A stretch of DNA of 64,000 bases. Origin: an uncultured Acidimicrobiales bacterium. GTDB taxonomy: Bacteria > Actinomycetota > Acidimicrobiia > Acidimicrobiales > VFJN01. The stretch's first letter is position 1. Each line of letters opens with the position of its first letter. Below are positions 10,383-19,841 of this stretch, piece by piece. Made by a program: the position numbers and the translations under genes. Under the pieces are notes generated by a model. The model was not told the DNA's origin, did no database searches, and was given only the letters and a program-made list of their open reading frames with translations. The stretch is from positions 1,397,720 through 1,461,719 of the forward strand of contig CAWJGJ010000002.1 of the NCBI GenBank assembly GCA_963842395.1, read 5' to 3'.

Positions 10383-10823
10383 CTACGGCGGTGAATCCCC
10401 CTGGGTTGGTTCGAGGCTCGCGCGTGTCGGCACCTGGCCGGCAGTTGTGTCGTGCGGTGGCGACACGGCGCAGCGCACGCAGCATGTGGTTCCTGGCAGG
10501 GCCTGTAGGCGCGGCCAACCGATCGGCTGCCCGCATCGTCGGCAGGCGCCGTAGCCCTCGTCGTCGATCTCGGTGAGGGCCCGGTCGAGCTGGGTCAGCC
10601 GGGCCTGAGCCTCCGCCGCCAGCGAGGCGACCTGCGCGCGCTCGTAGGCCGTCGTCCCCTCAGGGTCGTGCTCGTCGTCTGGCGGCTCGAGGTCGGCAGC
10701 ATCGACCATCTCGTCGAACGTGCGCTCCAGCGACGACAGCCGCTGCTGCGCCCGAGCCCGCTCGACCACCACTAGCTCACGCAGCGCCGCACGTTCGATC
10801 TCGGTCAGGGGCGCGCCAGACAC
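10383..10823 (-). CDS. TraR/DksA-family C4 zinc-finger protein
   Basis: 146-aa ORF with an N-terminal coiled-coil-like region and the motif CRRCGQPIGWPRLQALPGTTCCVRC. Confidence 0.7.
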   Translation of the reverse strand: MSGAPLTEIERAALRELVVVERARAQQRLSSLERTFDEMVDAADLEPPDDEHDPEGTTAYERAQVASLAAEAQARLTQLDRALTEIDDEGYGACRRCGQPIGWPRLQALPGTTCCVRCAVSPPHDTTAGQVPTRASLEPTQGDSPP

Positions 10824-10983
10824 CCCTGCTGTCTACCGCCGGATCCGGGCGCCGCCCCGGAGCTCCTACGAGGGCAGCGTCGCCCCCCAGTCCTCCGGAG
10901 CGATGTCGGCAACTGACTGGGTGAACGACCAGCGGTGTCCGGCAAGGTCCTCGGCAACCGCAACAGTGCGGCAAAGGAATCCC

Positions 10984-11121
10984 ATCCAGCAAGATGGCGC
11001 GAGCACTGTGGTGCCGGGCCTCTACTTCGTTGGGACGCACTTCTTGCGGAAGCGGAAGTCCTCCACGCTGTTCGGCATGGGGAGGACGCTGAGATCGTCG
11101 CGGCGCGCGATCGCTGAGTGA
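10984..11121 (+). pseudogene. remnant of the C-terminus of a flavin-dependent oxidoreductase or monooxygenase
   Basis: Reads ...IQQDGASTVVPGLYFVGTHFLRKRKSSTLFGMG, and the expected continuation EDAEIVAARI appears in another frame (10935..11117). Only about 45 codons are present with no N-terminal part, in a lower-GC patch. Confidence 0.3.
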
Positions 11122-11225
11122 ATGCGGTACAGGCACTTGGAGGGCGGGGCGCGTGGTGCCAACGACCATGGGCGCACAGAATGACGGTTCGACGGTGTCG
11201 CCGAACGCCGGCCGAGGGGCGGCGC

Positions 11226-11684
11226 CTACGCCGTACGCGCGAGTCGCTGTCGCAGGGTGGCGGCAAGAGCGTTCATTTCTTCCTCCGGCACGCGGTCCTG
11301 TTCCGGAACGCCGAGGAACTGGAACACCCCGGGTCCTCGCTCGTCCTCGGCCATCGCGCTGCTGCGCGGAATGACATGCACGTGGACATGGCGGTGTTGA
11401 GGATGCTCCGCGAACTGCACGACGTAGGTCTTCTCACAGCCGACGAGCTCGTGGAGGCTCCGCGACACGTCACGGAGCAGAGGGCCGAGCGAGGACGCTT
11501 CCTCGTCATCGAGATCCGCAACTGCTGCGACGTGACGACGGGCGACCAAGACGATCCAGCCCTTCAAGCTCGTGCTGTCGCAGTGCACGACGTCCCAGTT
11601 CGCTGTTCGCACGATCGCGTCCCACAGCGGCGCGTCGCCGGCATCGCGTCGTGCAAGCAGATCACAGGTACGGCAGCCGTCCAT
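11226..11684 (-). CDS. HIT-family hydrolase
   Basis: Histidine-triad motif HRHVHVHVIPR. ATG at 11684 (MDGCRTCDLL...) fits a HIT-size protein. The upstream part of the ORF-track ORF has poor coding character. Confidence 0.8.
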   Translation of the reverse strand: MDGCRTCDLLARRDAGDAPLWDAIVRTANWDVVHCDSTSLKGWIVLVARRHVAAVADLDDEEASSLGPLLRDVSRSLHELVGCEKTYVVQFAEHPQHRHVHVHVIPRSSAMAEDERGPGVFQFLGVPEQDRVPEEEMNALAATLRQRLARTA

Positions 11685-11864
11685 CGCCGGAGTCAAACAC
11701 GGTTGTGGCGGCGGTGATCCCGATCGCCGGCTCGGACCCAGGCCACGAACGACGCAACACTTGCCACGCGGCACCAGGGCAGATCCGATCCACGGCGGAA
11801 GGTTGGACACGTCGAGCGTCAGCCGCGACAACACAGCCCGCCGGTCGGGGTCGTTCTCACGGGA

Positions 11865-12677
11865 TCAGTCGGCGCGCCGGCCGGCCCGGAGGACGGTCAG
11901 ATAGCGGCGGGATGCCCTGTCGCCCATTCGCGTGCGGATGCGCTCGGCGATGGCGTCGAGCAGCGGTTCGCGCACGTCGGGACCGAGCCTCCGGTACAGC
12001 GACGTCGAGCGGAGGAGGTCGGCGAAGCCCTCGCCGTCGAACCACTGCACCGTCGGATACCACCGAACGGTGGTGGGGCCGAACAGGGCGCCCGGGTCGC
12101 TGACCAGGCCCCAGCCCTCGTTCGTGGCGCGCACCTCCTCCTCGAGGGGCGGATCGCCCCAGTCGGGGTTGCCGGGCGAGAAGCGCTCGTGGAGATCGGC
12201 GGTCTCGGCGTAGACCTCGGGCTCGCCGGGCCGGCGGACGACGACGTTGCCGAGCAGTGCCATCCAGCCACCGGCGTGGAGCACCTCGTGCGCTCGCCGC
12301 CAACCGACCGACGGGTCGACCCAGTGCCACGACGAGGCCGCGACCAGGACGTGGAAGCGCCGACCCCGGTCGTCCCACGTCTCGAACGACGACGTCTCGA
12401 TCTCGACGTTCGTGGCGGTCGAGAGCCGTTGGCGAGCGAGCGCGGCCATGGCCGTGCCGGCCTCGACCGCGGTGACCGAGCAGCCGAGCCCGGCCAGGGA
12501 AAGCGTGGCCTGCCCGGTGCCGCAGCCGACCTCGAGCACACTCGATCGCTCGTCCATGCCGGTGATGGCGACGAGATCCGAGAACAGCTCGTCCGGGTAG
12601 GTCGGTCGCACCCGGTCGTAGAGCTCGGGCACCTCGTCGAACACCCGGCCGAGGTGACGCCGATCTGTGTCGTCCAT
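11865..12677 (-). CDS. class I SAM-dependent methyltransferase
   Basis: Motif I VLEVGCGTGQATLSLA. The start is taken at the internal ATG (MDDTDRRHLGRVFDEV), which leaves a divergent intergenic region toward 12802. The ORF-track maximum is 12773. Confidence 0.8.
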   Translation of the reverse strand: MDDTDRRHLGRVFDEVPELYDRVRPTYPDELFSDLVAITGMDERSSVLEVGCGTGQATLSLAGLGCSVTAVEAGTAMAALARQRLSTATNVEIETSSFETWDDRGRRFHVLVAASSWHWVDPSVGWRRAHEVLHAGGWMALLGNVVVRRPGEPEVYAETADLHERFSPGNPDWGDPPLEEEVRATNEGWGLVSDPGALFGPTTVRWYPTVQWFDGEGFADLLRSTSLYRRLGPDVREPLLDAIAERIRTRMGDRASRRYLTVLRAGRRAD

Positions 12678-12801
12678 CCCGCGATCCTGCCGTCTCCGTC
12701 CACTTCCCAGCGACCGGCCGGGGCCTCTCCGATCCGGTGACCTCAGGGGTCGCCAGGATCGCGCCGCGTCCATGCCGCGGAGCCCCTACCGTTGTCGGGG
12801 C

Positions 12802-13116
12802 ATGGACATCGAGTTGCTGACGGTTCAGCGGTGTCCCCACCGTGCCGAGGCGCTGGCCCGGCTGGAGGCAGCGTTTGCCAGGGCATTGCCCACCGCCCCG
12901 GTCGTGACCGAGCACGTGATCACGAACGCGGCCGACGCCGCGGCGACCGGCATGCGCGGCTCGCCCACGATCCTCATCGACGGCCGGGACCCGTTCGGAG
13001 CGGATTCTGCGGAGCCGACGATGTCGTGCCGGCTGTACGCCACCGAGGCCGGCGTGGACGGCGCGCCGAGCGTCGACATGTTGGTCGCCGCATTGACCAG
13101 CGAGGAAGCGGGGTGA
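12802..13116 (+). CDS. small thioredoxin-fold protein (single CPH motif)
   Basis: 104 aa: MDIELLTVQRCPH...GSPTILIDGRDPF...SCRLY. The pattern resembles glutaredoxin/thioredoxin-like small proteins. ATG confirmed at 12802. Confidence 0.55.
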   Translation: MDIELLTVQRCPHRAEALARLEAAFARALPTAPVVTEHVITNAADAAATGMRGSPTILIDGRDPFGADSAEPTMSCRLYATEAGVDGAPSVDMLVAALTSEEAG

Positions 13117-13293
13117 CGGGATGGACGATGCGGACGGGATGGACGACGCGTGCGGTGAGGACGTGCACCTCGGCTCTCGGATCATGCGCGGCCGCGCGGG
13201 CCGGTCGGTGACGGTCGCCGGCGCTGCGGCGATCGACCTTGCCAGGTGGCGCGACGTGCCCAGGGTGCTGGGCGCTCGAGAGGGGGATCGGTC

Positions 13294-14571
13294 ATGACGA
13301 GCGACACCGTGACTGGCGAGACGACGACCGGGCAGGCGGGGACGTCGGCGTGTTCGTGCTGTGGCGAGGAGCGCCGCGAATCGGAGCTGGCGAGGCTGGG
13401 GTGCCACAGCGAGGTCGCGCTGTGTGACGGCTGCCTCGACTGGCTCCGCGACCAGCGATCGGCGGCCGGCGGGAGCCAGGTGCGTCGAGCGGTGCCGATC
13501 CTGGCCACCTCGGACGTGACCCGGGCGCTGGAGCACTACGCCGCCCTCGGGTTCGAGACCGAGGCGTGGGGAGGGGGCGGGTACGGGTTCCTGACCCGTG
13601 ACGGGGTCGAGCTCCATCTCGGCTCGGTCGAGGGTCACGATCCGACGACCAACACCGTGAGCTGCTACCTGTTCGTCGGCGACGCGGACGCGCTGCACGC
13701 CGAGTGGGCGGCGGCGGGGGTGGGGGGCCAGTTGGAGGCCCCCACCGACACCGACTACGGGCTGCGCGAGGGTCGTCACGTCGACCCCGACGGCAACGAC
13801 ATCCGCTTCGGCTCGCCGTTGCCCGACGGCCCGACCGACGACGGCTCGGTGCTCCTGGCCGCCGACGATCCGCTGGCGGTCGCCGCCACGGAGGCGGTCC
13901 AGGCCGGCGACCTCGACACGGTCACCCGGCTGCTGGCCGACCACCCCGAGCTGGCGACCGCCCGGATCGGGGACGCGACGACGTCCCGCACGATGGTGCA
14001 CGTCGCGACGGACTGGCCGGGCCACTTCGCCAACGGCGGCCGGATCATCGCGGCGCTCGCCGGGGCGGGCGCCGACGTCAACGCGCCGTTCGCCGGCAGC
14101 CACGCCGAGACACCGCTGCACTGGGCCGCCAGCAGCGACGACGTCGAGGCCCTCGACGCCCTGATCGACGCGGGCGCGGACATCGAGGCGCCCGGGGCGG
14201 TGCTCGGCGGAGGCACCCCCCTCGCCGATGCCGTCGGGTTCGGGCAGTGGCAGGCCGCCCGGCGCCTCGTCGAGCGCGGCGCCGCCACCCGGCTGAAGGA
14301 CGCCGCCGCGCTCGGGATGATGGACCGCATCGGGGCCGGCTTCTCCGGCGACCAGGCACCGCCTCCGGACCACGTCACCGACGCGTTCTGGGCGGCGTGT
14401 CAGGCGGGGCAGCGGGAGGCCGCCGAGTACCTGCTCGACCGTGGCGCAGACCTCAACTGGGTCGGCTGGGACGACCTCACCCCCCTGGACGTGGCCCTCC
14501 GGAGCGACGCCCCCGACCTCGCCGAGTGGCTGCGCGGCAGGGGCGCCAAACCCGCAGCCGAGCTCAGCTGA
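13294..14571 (+). CDS. Cys-rich N-terminus + VOC (glyoxalase/bleomycin-resistance) domain + ankyrin-repeat fusion protein
   Basis: GGGGGA SD precedes ATG 13294. N-terminal CSCCGEE...CHSEVALCDGC, then a VOC-like segment VPILATSDVTRALEHYAALGFE...VDPDGNDIRFG. Ankyrin-type repeats follow (TPLHWAASSDDVEALDALIDAGADIEA, LTPLDVALRSDAPDLAEWLRGRGA). Confidence 0.75.
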   Translation: MTSDTVTGETTTGQAGTSACSCCGEERRESELARLGCHSEVALCDGCLDWLRDQRSAAGGSQVRRAVPILATSDVTRALEHYAALGFETEAWGGGGYGFLTRDGVELHLGSVEGHDPTTNTVSCYLFVGDADALHAEWAAAGVGGQLEAPTDTDYGLREGRHVDPDGNDIRFGSPLPDGPTDDGSVLLAADDPLAVAATEAVQAGDLDTVTRLLADHPELATARIGDATTSRTMVHVATDWPGHFANGGRIIAALAGAGADVNAPFAGSHAETPLHWAASSDDVEALDALIDAGADIEAPGAVLGGGTPLADAVGFGQWQAARRLVERGAATRLKDAAALGMMDRIGAGFSGDQAPPPDHVTDAFWAACQAGQREAAEYLLDRGADLNWVGWDDLTPLDVALRSDAPDLAEWLRGRGAKPAAELS

Positions 14572-14596
14572 CCGTCGACCCCCCGGGCGACGGCGT

Positions 14597-14640
14597 GTCA
14601 GCCTAGGTTGACACACCGGCGACGTCAGCCTAGGTTGACA
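14597..14640 (+). promoter_or_regulatory. duplicated near-palindromic operator overlapping a leaderless-type promoter
   Basis: GTCAGCCTAGGTTGACA occurs twice (14597-14613 and 14624-14640, 27-nt period). TTGACA (14608-14613), a 17-nt spacer and TAGGTT (14631-14636, TANNNT) place a transcription start at about the ATG at 14645. Confidence 0.5.
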
Positions 14641-14644
14641 AGCC

Positions 14645-14872
14645 ATGGAAGAGATGGCCGCGCTCGCCGATGCGGTGGACAGCCGAGACCCCGCGGTGGG
14701 CCTGGCCGCGGTGGCCACGCTGAGGACCCTCGTCGACGAGCTCGAAGTGCTCCACGTCGACAACGCCCGGGCGCGCGGCTGGTCGTGGCAGGCGATCGCC
14801 GAGCGACTGGGTGTCACCCGCCAGTCCGTCCACAAGAAGCACCGTCGAAGCCGGCCACGCGGGAAGGCATGA
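14645..14872 (+). CDS. small helix-turn-helix DNA-binding protein
   Basis: 75 aa with a C-terminal HTH, GWSWQAIAERLGVTRQSVHKKH. Its stop overlaps the next start (ATGA at 14869-14872). Confidence 0.7.
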   Translation: MEEMAALADAVDSRDPAVGLAAVATLRTLVDELEVLHVDNARARGWSWQAIAERLGVTRQSVHKKHRRSRPRGKA

Positions 14873-15495
14873 CCGGCGTGTTCGAGCACCTCGACCCCGA
14901 CGCGCGCCGGACCTTCGCCCTCGCCCAGCACGAGGCCCATGCCCTCGACCACAACTACGTCGGCACCGAGCACCTGCTGGCCGCCCTCGCAGGCCTGGCA
15001 AGCCCGCCGGCCGCACTGCTCGCCGAGCGGGGCTGCGGTCCCGAGGCGATACGCGGCGAGATCGCCGCGATCGTCGGTCGCGGCCATCCCGCTCGGCGCG
15101 ACCCCGACGCCCTCCTGGCGACCCTCGGCATCGACCTCGAGGCGGTCAGGCGACGCGTCGAGTCGACCTTCGGTGCCGCCGCCGTGGTGACCGCGGCCCA
15201 GCGGGCGCGGCCGCGACGCCGGCGCCGTTGGCCCGGCGCGCGGATGTGGCCCGGATGCGATCAGGCACGACCCTGTGAGAGTGCGCTCCTCGGCGACGGC
15301 CGGTTCGGTTTCGCACCACGGGTGAAGCGCGTCGCCGAGATGGCCGTCGCCGCCGCGGCACCGTCGCCCGCGACACCGCTGCATCTGCTGCTCGCCACCC
15401 TCGGCGAGGGCAAGGGCCTCGCCTGCCAGATCCTCGCCCGGCGACACGTCGACCTGCCGGGACTGGCGACCGCGGCACGGGCGAAGCTCACGTAG
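14869..15495 (+). CDS. Clp R (Clp N-terminal repeat) domain protein without an ATPase module
   Basis: FALAQHEAHALDHNYVGTEHLLAAL and a second repeat ATPLHLLLATLGEGKGLACQIL are typical of the ClpA/B/C N-domain double repeat. There is no AAA+ domain. Confidence 0.75.
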   Translation: MTGVFEHLDPDARRTFALAQHEAHALDHNYVGTEHLLAALAGLASPPAALLAERGCGPEAIRGEIAAIVGRGHPARRDPDALLATLGIDLEAVRRRVESTFGAAAVVTAAQRARPRRRRRWPGARMWPGCDQARPCESALLGDGRFGFAPRVKRVAEMAVAAAAPSPATPLHLLLATLGEGKGLACQILARRHVDLPGLATAARAKLT

Positions 15496-15510
15496 CCGTT
15501 CTCCCGATCG

Positions 15511-16528
15511 TCAGGGGCGGTAGGCGTCGGCGACCCCGAAGCGGGCGAGGACGCCCAGCTGGTTGAGCCGGTACATCCAGATGTGCCGCTGGGCCAGGTC
15601 GAGGGCGGACGATCCGGGGACGGTGTTGTCGCCCGAGCCCTCGGCCACCCAGGCGCGGTCGAAGGGTCGCCACCCCTCGGGGAGGTCGTCGACATAGGTG
15701 GCACCGTCCTCGTACCAGTCGACGAGGCCCTGTCGCCACGACGGCGTGATGGCGTCGCGCAGGTACAGCGTCGACCACTGGTGGCGGTCCCGGCCGCCCC
15801 AGCTGGCGTGGTACAGCAGCGGGTCGAAGGCGATGACGTCGCCCGGCTCGGTGGGCAGCACCTGGCCGGGCACGTCGGGCACCTGGACGTCGAGCGAGTA
15901 GAGGTGGCCGAGCGCCGCATTGGCGTCGGGCAGCCGGTGGCTCCCGGGCAGCACCCGCAGCGCACCGTTGTCGGCCTGCAACGGCTCGAGGTAGGCGACG
16001 AACTTGACGGCGCGCACGGCGATGCCGGTGTCGTTGTGCCAGCCGGGGTGGTCGAAGTAGAGGATGCCCTGGGTGTCGCACGGCGAGGGCAGGACACCGC
16101 CGCCCACGAGCCGCTCGGCCAGGCCGACCAGCCGGCGACTGTCGACGAGCTCGACGGTGCGGGGCGCCCAGGGGCCCAGCAGGCAGGTGTAGTGGCCGGC
16201 CATGCCGCTCATGGCCGGGCGCTCGTGATACCGGTCGCCGTGGACGGCCAGCATCGTGCGGACGATCTCGTCGCGCAGCTCCTCGACCAGCGCCGGTTCG
16301 AAGAACCGCGGCAGGACCAGATAGCCGAAGCTGCGGAACCAGTCGACCTGGGCGTCGCCGGTGAAGCCGTCGAACGGGTCGGGGGTCTCGTGCTCCCGAT
16401 CGGCACGGGCGGAGAGCTCGGCGGCGAGCCCAGGATGCGACTGGCCCAGGGCGCCGGCCGCCCGGTCCAGCAGCCGCGCCAGATCGCGGTCGGGCGTGCG
16501 GCTGCATGGTCTCGATGGTCTGTGACAT
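15511..16528 (-). pseudogene. phytanoyl-CoA dioxygenase (PhyH) family protein, one apparent frameshift near the 5' end
   Basis: AGGAGG (16538-16543) lies 9 nt before ATG 16528 (MSQTIETMQPH...). After about 10 codons, coding character and PhyH-like sequence (FGYLVLPRFF, HNDTG, LRVLPGSHR) continue in the +1 frame. The gene length is 3n+1. Confidence 0.7.
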
Positions 16529-16743
16529 GGATGATGGCCTCCTGCGATCAGCGATGCGTTCCTTCCGGGGCACATCAGGTCGCAGGAGGCCCACGGGCGC
16601 TGGTCGAGCGCCCGGCCGTGGCCCATCAACATCGACGCATGGGCCGATGCTAGGCCCGCCAGGGCGGCCGGTGCCGGCGTCGCACCGGCGATGGCGAGGC
16701 CACGTCGGTGTCCCGGGGCGCGGATCGTCCTAAGGTCGGAGCG

Positions 16744-17218
16744 ATGATGAAGCCTGGCGACCTCGTATCCGACTTCGAGCTGCCCGACCAGGACGGCGCG
16801 GCGCGCACGCTGAGCGAGCTCCTGGGCACGGGCTCGGTGGTGCTGTTCTTCTATCCGGCCGCCATGACGCCCGGGTGCACCCGGGAGAGCTGCCACTTCC
16901 GCGACCTGGCGACCGAGTTCGCCGACGCCGGCGCCCAGCGGGTCGGGCATCAGCGCGGACACGGTCGACAAGCAGCGGGAGTTCGCCGACAAGCACGCGT
17001 TCGACTACCCGCTCCTCTCGGACCGGGAGGGAACCGTGGCCAAGGAGTTCGGCGTGAGCCGCTCCATGCCGCTGCTGCCGAACAAGCGGGCCACGTTCGT
17101 GATCGGCAACGACCGCAGGGTCGTCGAGGTCATCACCAGCGAGATCAACATGTCGAAGCACGCGGACCTCGCGCTCGAGGCGCTCCGAGGACAGGCCGCC
17201 ACCGGCGGACAGAGCTGA
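16744..17218 (+). pseudogene. bcp: peroxiredoxin Bcp, one apparent frameshift
   Basis: N-terminal part MMKPGDLVSDFELPDQDG...VVLFFYPAAMTPGCTRESC is in one frame. ISADTVDKQREFADKHAFDYPLLSD...KRATFVIG continues in the next frame, and the break is at about 16948 (gggCatc). Confidence 0.8.
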
Positions 17219-17229
17219 CCGCGAATCCC

Positions 17230-18887
17230 ATGAGCTCGACAGACTCGGGGGGCGACCCAAGCCCGGCCGCGGCGGCGGCGGGGACCGTGCTCGTCACGCT
17301 GGCCGCCGGGCCAGTTCCTGATGACGCTCGACAGCTCGGTGATGAACGTGTCGATCGCGACCGTCGCCAAGGACGTCGGCACGACCGTGACCGGGATCCA
17401 GACCGCGATCACGCTCTACACGCTGGTGATGGCGTCGCTGATGATCACCGGCGGCAAGATCGGCCAGATCCTCGGCCGCAAGCGGGCGTTCGCGATCGGC
17501 TGCGTGATCTACGGCTGCGGGTCGTTCATCACCGCGATCGCACCGAACCTCGGCGTGCTGATCATGGGCTGGTCGGTCCTGGAGGGCATCGGCGCGGCGC
17601 TGATCATGCCCGCCATCGTCGCGCTCGTCGCCTCCAACTTCGCCCGCGCCGAGCGGCCGCGCGCCTACGGGCTGGTGGCGTCGGCCGGCGCGATCGCGGT
17701 CGCCGCCGGCCCGCTCATCGGCGGCCTGTTCACGACCTACCTGTCGTGGCGCTGGTGTTCGCCGGCGAGGTCCTCGTGGTCGTCGGCGATCCTCGCCTCG
17801 CCCGCCGCATGGCCGACGCCGAGCCCGAGGACACGAGTGCGGCTCGACCTCGTCGGGACCGCGCTGTCGGCGCTCGGCCTCGGCCTGATCGTGTTCGGGA
17901 TCCTGCGCTCGGGCGAGTGGGGGTTCATCCAGCCCAAGCCGTCCGCCCCCGAGTGGCTCGGGCTGTCGCCGTCGATCTGGCTGATGCTCGGCGGCGGGTG
18001 TCGTGCTGTGGCTCTTCATGGGCTGGGAGAACCGGCAGCTCGACCGGGGCGCCGAGCCCCTCGTCGACCCGGCGATCCTCAGGAACCCGGTGCTGCGCGG
18101 CGGCCTCACGTCGTTCTTCTTCCAGTACCTGCTGCAGGCCGGGCTGTTCTTCGCCGTGCCGCTGTTCCTGTCGGTGGCCCTCGGGCTGTCGGCGATCGCG
18201 ACCGGCGTGCGGCTCCTGCCGCTGTCGATCACGCTGCTGCTGGCCGCCGCCGGGATCCCCAAGGTCTTCCCCCACGCGTCGCCCCGGCGGGTCGTGCAGC
18301 TCGGCTCCTGGCGCTGTTCGCCGGCATCGTCGTGATGGTCGCCGCGCTCGACGCCGGCGCCGGGCCCGAGATCGTGACCTGGCCGATGCTGCTCGCCGGC
18401 CTCGGCGTCGGCGCGCTGGCGTCCCAGCTCGGGAGCGTCACCGTGTCGTCGGTTCCCGACGAGCAGAGCGGCGAGGTCGGCGGCCTCCAGAACACGGTCA
18501 CCAACCTCGGCGCCTCGATCGGCACGGCCTTGGCCGGCGCCGTGCTCATCTCCACCCTGACCACGTCGTTCCTGACCGGCATCGAGCAGAACCCGGACGT
18601 GCCCGGACGAGGTCACCGCCAGCGCCACCGTCGAGCTGGCCGAGCGGCATCCCGTTCGTCTCCGACGCCGACCTGGAGACGGCGCTCGACGAGGCGGGCG
18701 TGCCCGCCGACCACCGCCGACGCCATCGTCGACGAGAACGCCACGGCGCGCCTCGACGGGCTGCGCGCGTCGCTGTCGGTCCTCGCGCTCATCGCCGTGC
18801 ATCGCCCTGTTCTTCACCCGCAAGCTCCCGACCGAGCAGCCCGCGTCGACCCCGGCACCCGAACCTGCGCAGCCGGTCGGTGCGTAG
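17230..18887 (+). pseudogene. MFS transporter, DHA2/EmrB-QacA type (14-TM), about 9 apparent frameshifts
   Basis: MFS-like TM segments hop between all three frames. Approximate breaks are at 17309, 17754, 17838, 17999, 18305, 18606, 18645, 18711 and 18800. The reconstructed product ends ...LFFTRKLPTEQPASTPAPEPAQPVGA* at 18887. Confidence 0.75.
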
Positions 18888-18941
18888 GTCGGCGGTCGAG
18901 TCGCCGCTGGAGCTCTGCTCGCCCGGACGGCGCCTCGGTCG

Positions 18942-19821
18942 TCAGAGGGACTTGCCGAACCAGCGCTGCGCGTACGGGTTGTCGTCGTTGTAGCGCTCGA
19001 TCGCGCGGTACCCGGCCCGCTCGTACAACGTGATCGCCTCGGACAGCACCTCGTTCGTGTCGAGCACGACCCGCCCGCACCCGAGCGCCCGCCCGCCCGC
19101 CTCGAGCCGGGCCAGCAGGCGGCGGCCCAGCCCGAGGCCCCGCCAGTCGGGATCGATCCACATCCGCTTGATCTCGGCGACGCCGTCGTCGAGCCGCCGC
19201 ACCCCGCCGCACCCGGCCGCGGCACCGTCGCTGCGCACCACCAGGAACGAGCCGCGAGGCGCGGCGCATCGCCGCGTCCCCGGCGGCACCACCCTCGTCC
19301 GGGTCGAAGCCCGCCGGGAACCGTTGCTGCAGCTCCTCGAAGTACCGGGCGACGGCCGAACGGGCGGCGAGCGACCGGGGATCGACGACGTCGAAGGCGA
19401 CGGTCGCGGCGCGCAGCAGCCGCTCAGCGGTGGCCAGGGCCGAGGCCAGCTCGGTGCGCTGGCGGTCGGACAGCGGCTCCACCAGGTCCTGTGCCAACCG
19501 CTCGGCCTGCGTGTCGACCCGCCGCAGCTCGCGCCGACCGTCGGCCGACAACCGGACAACCCGCTGGCGCCCGTCGGCGGGATCCCGTTCGACCGTCACC
19601 AGGCCCTCCTGCTCCAGCTGGCGCAGCAGCCGGCTCAGATAGCCGGAGTCGAGGCCGAGCCGGCGCCGGAGCTCGGCGACCCGCGACCCGTCGGCGCCCA
19701 CCTCGAACAGCACCCGCGACGCCCCCAGCGGACGGCCGGTGTCCAGATAGGACTCGCCGAGCACGCCGATGCGCTGGGTGTAGGACCGGTTGAACCTCCG
19801 CAGCACCGGGACGGCATCCAT
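18942..19821 (-). pseudogene. MarR-family HTH + GNAT acetyltransferase fusion, one apparent frameshift
   Basis: The N-terminal MarR-like wHTH (LGLDSGYLSRLLRQLEQEGLVTVERDPADGRQRVVRLS) is in one frame. The GNAT core (EIKRMWIDPDWRGLGLGRRLLARLE) is in another, with the break at about 19260. Confidence 0.75.
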
Positions 19822-19825
19822 AATT

Positions 19826-19841
19826 GCTGACTTTAGTCAGC
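19826..19841 (-). promoter_or_regulatory. 7-bp perfect inverted repeat (candidate MarR operator) overlapping a TANNNT -10
   Basis: The minus strand reads GCTGACTAAAGTCAGC-AATT-ATG. TAAAGT lies 8 nt before the MarR-GNAT ATG (19821), which implies a leaderless mRNA. A local low-GC patch is present. Confidence 0.45.
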
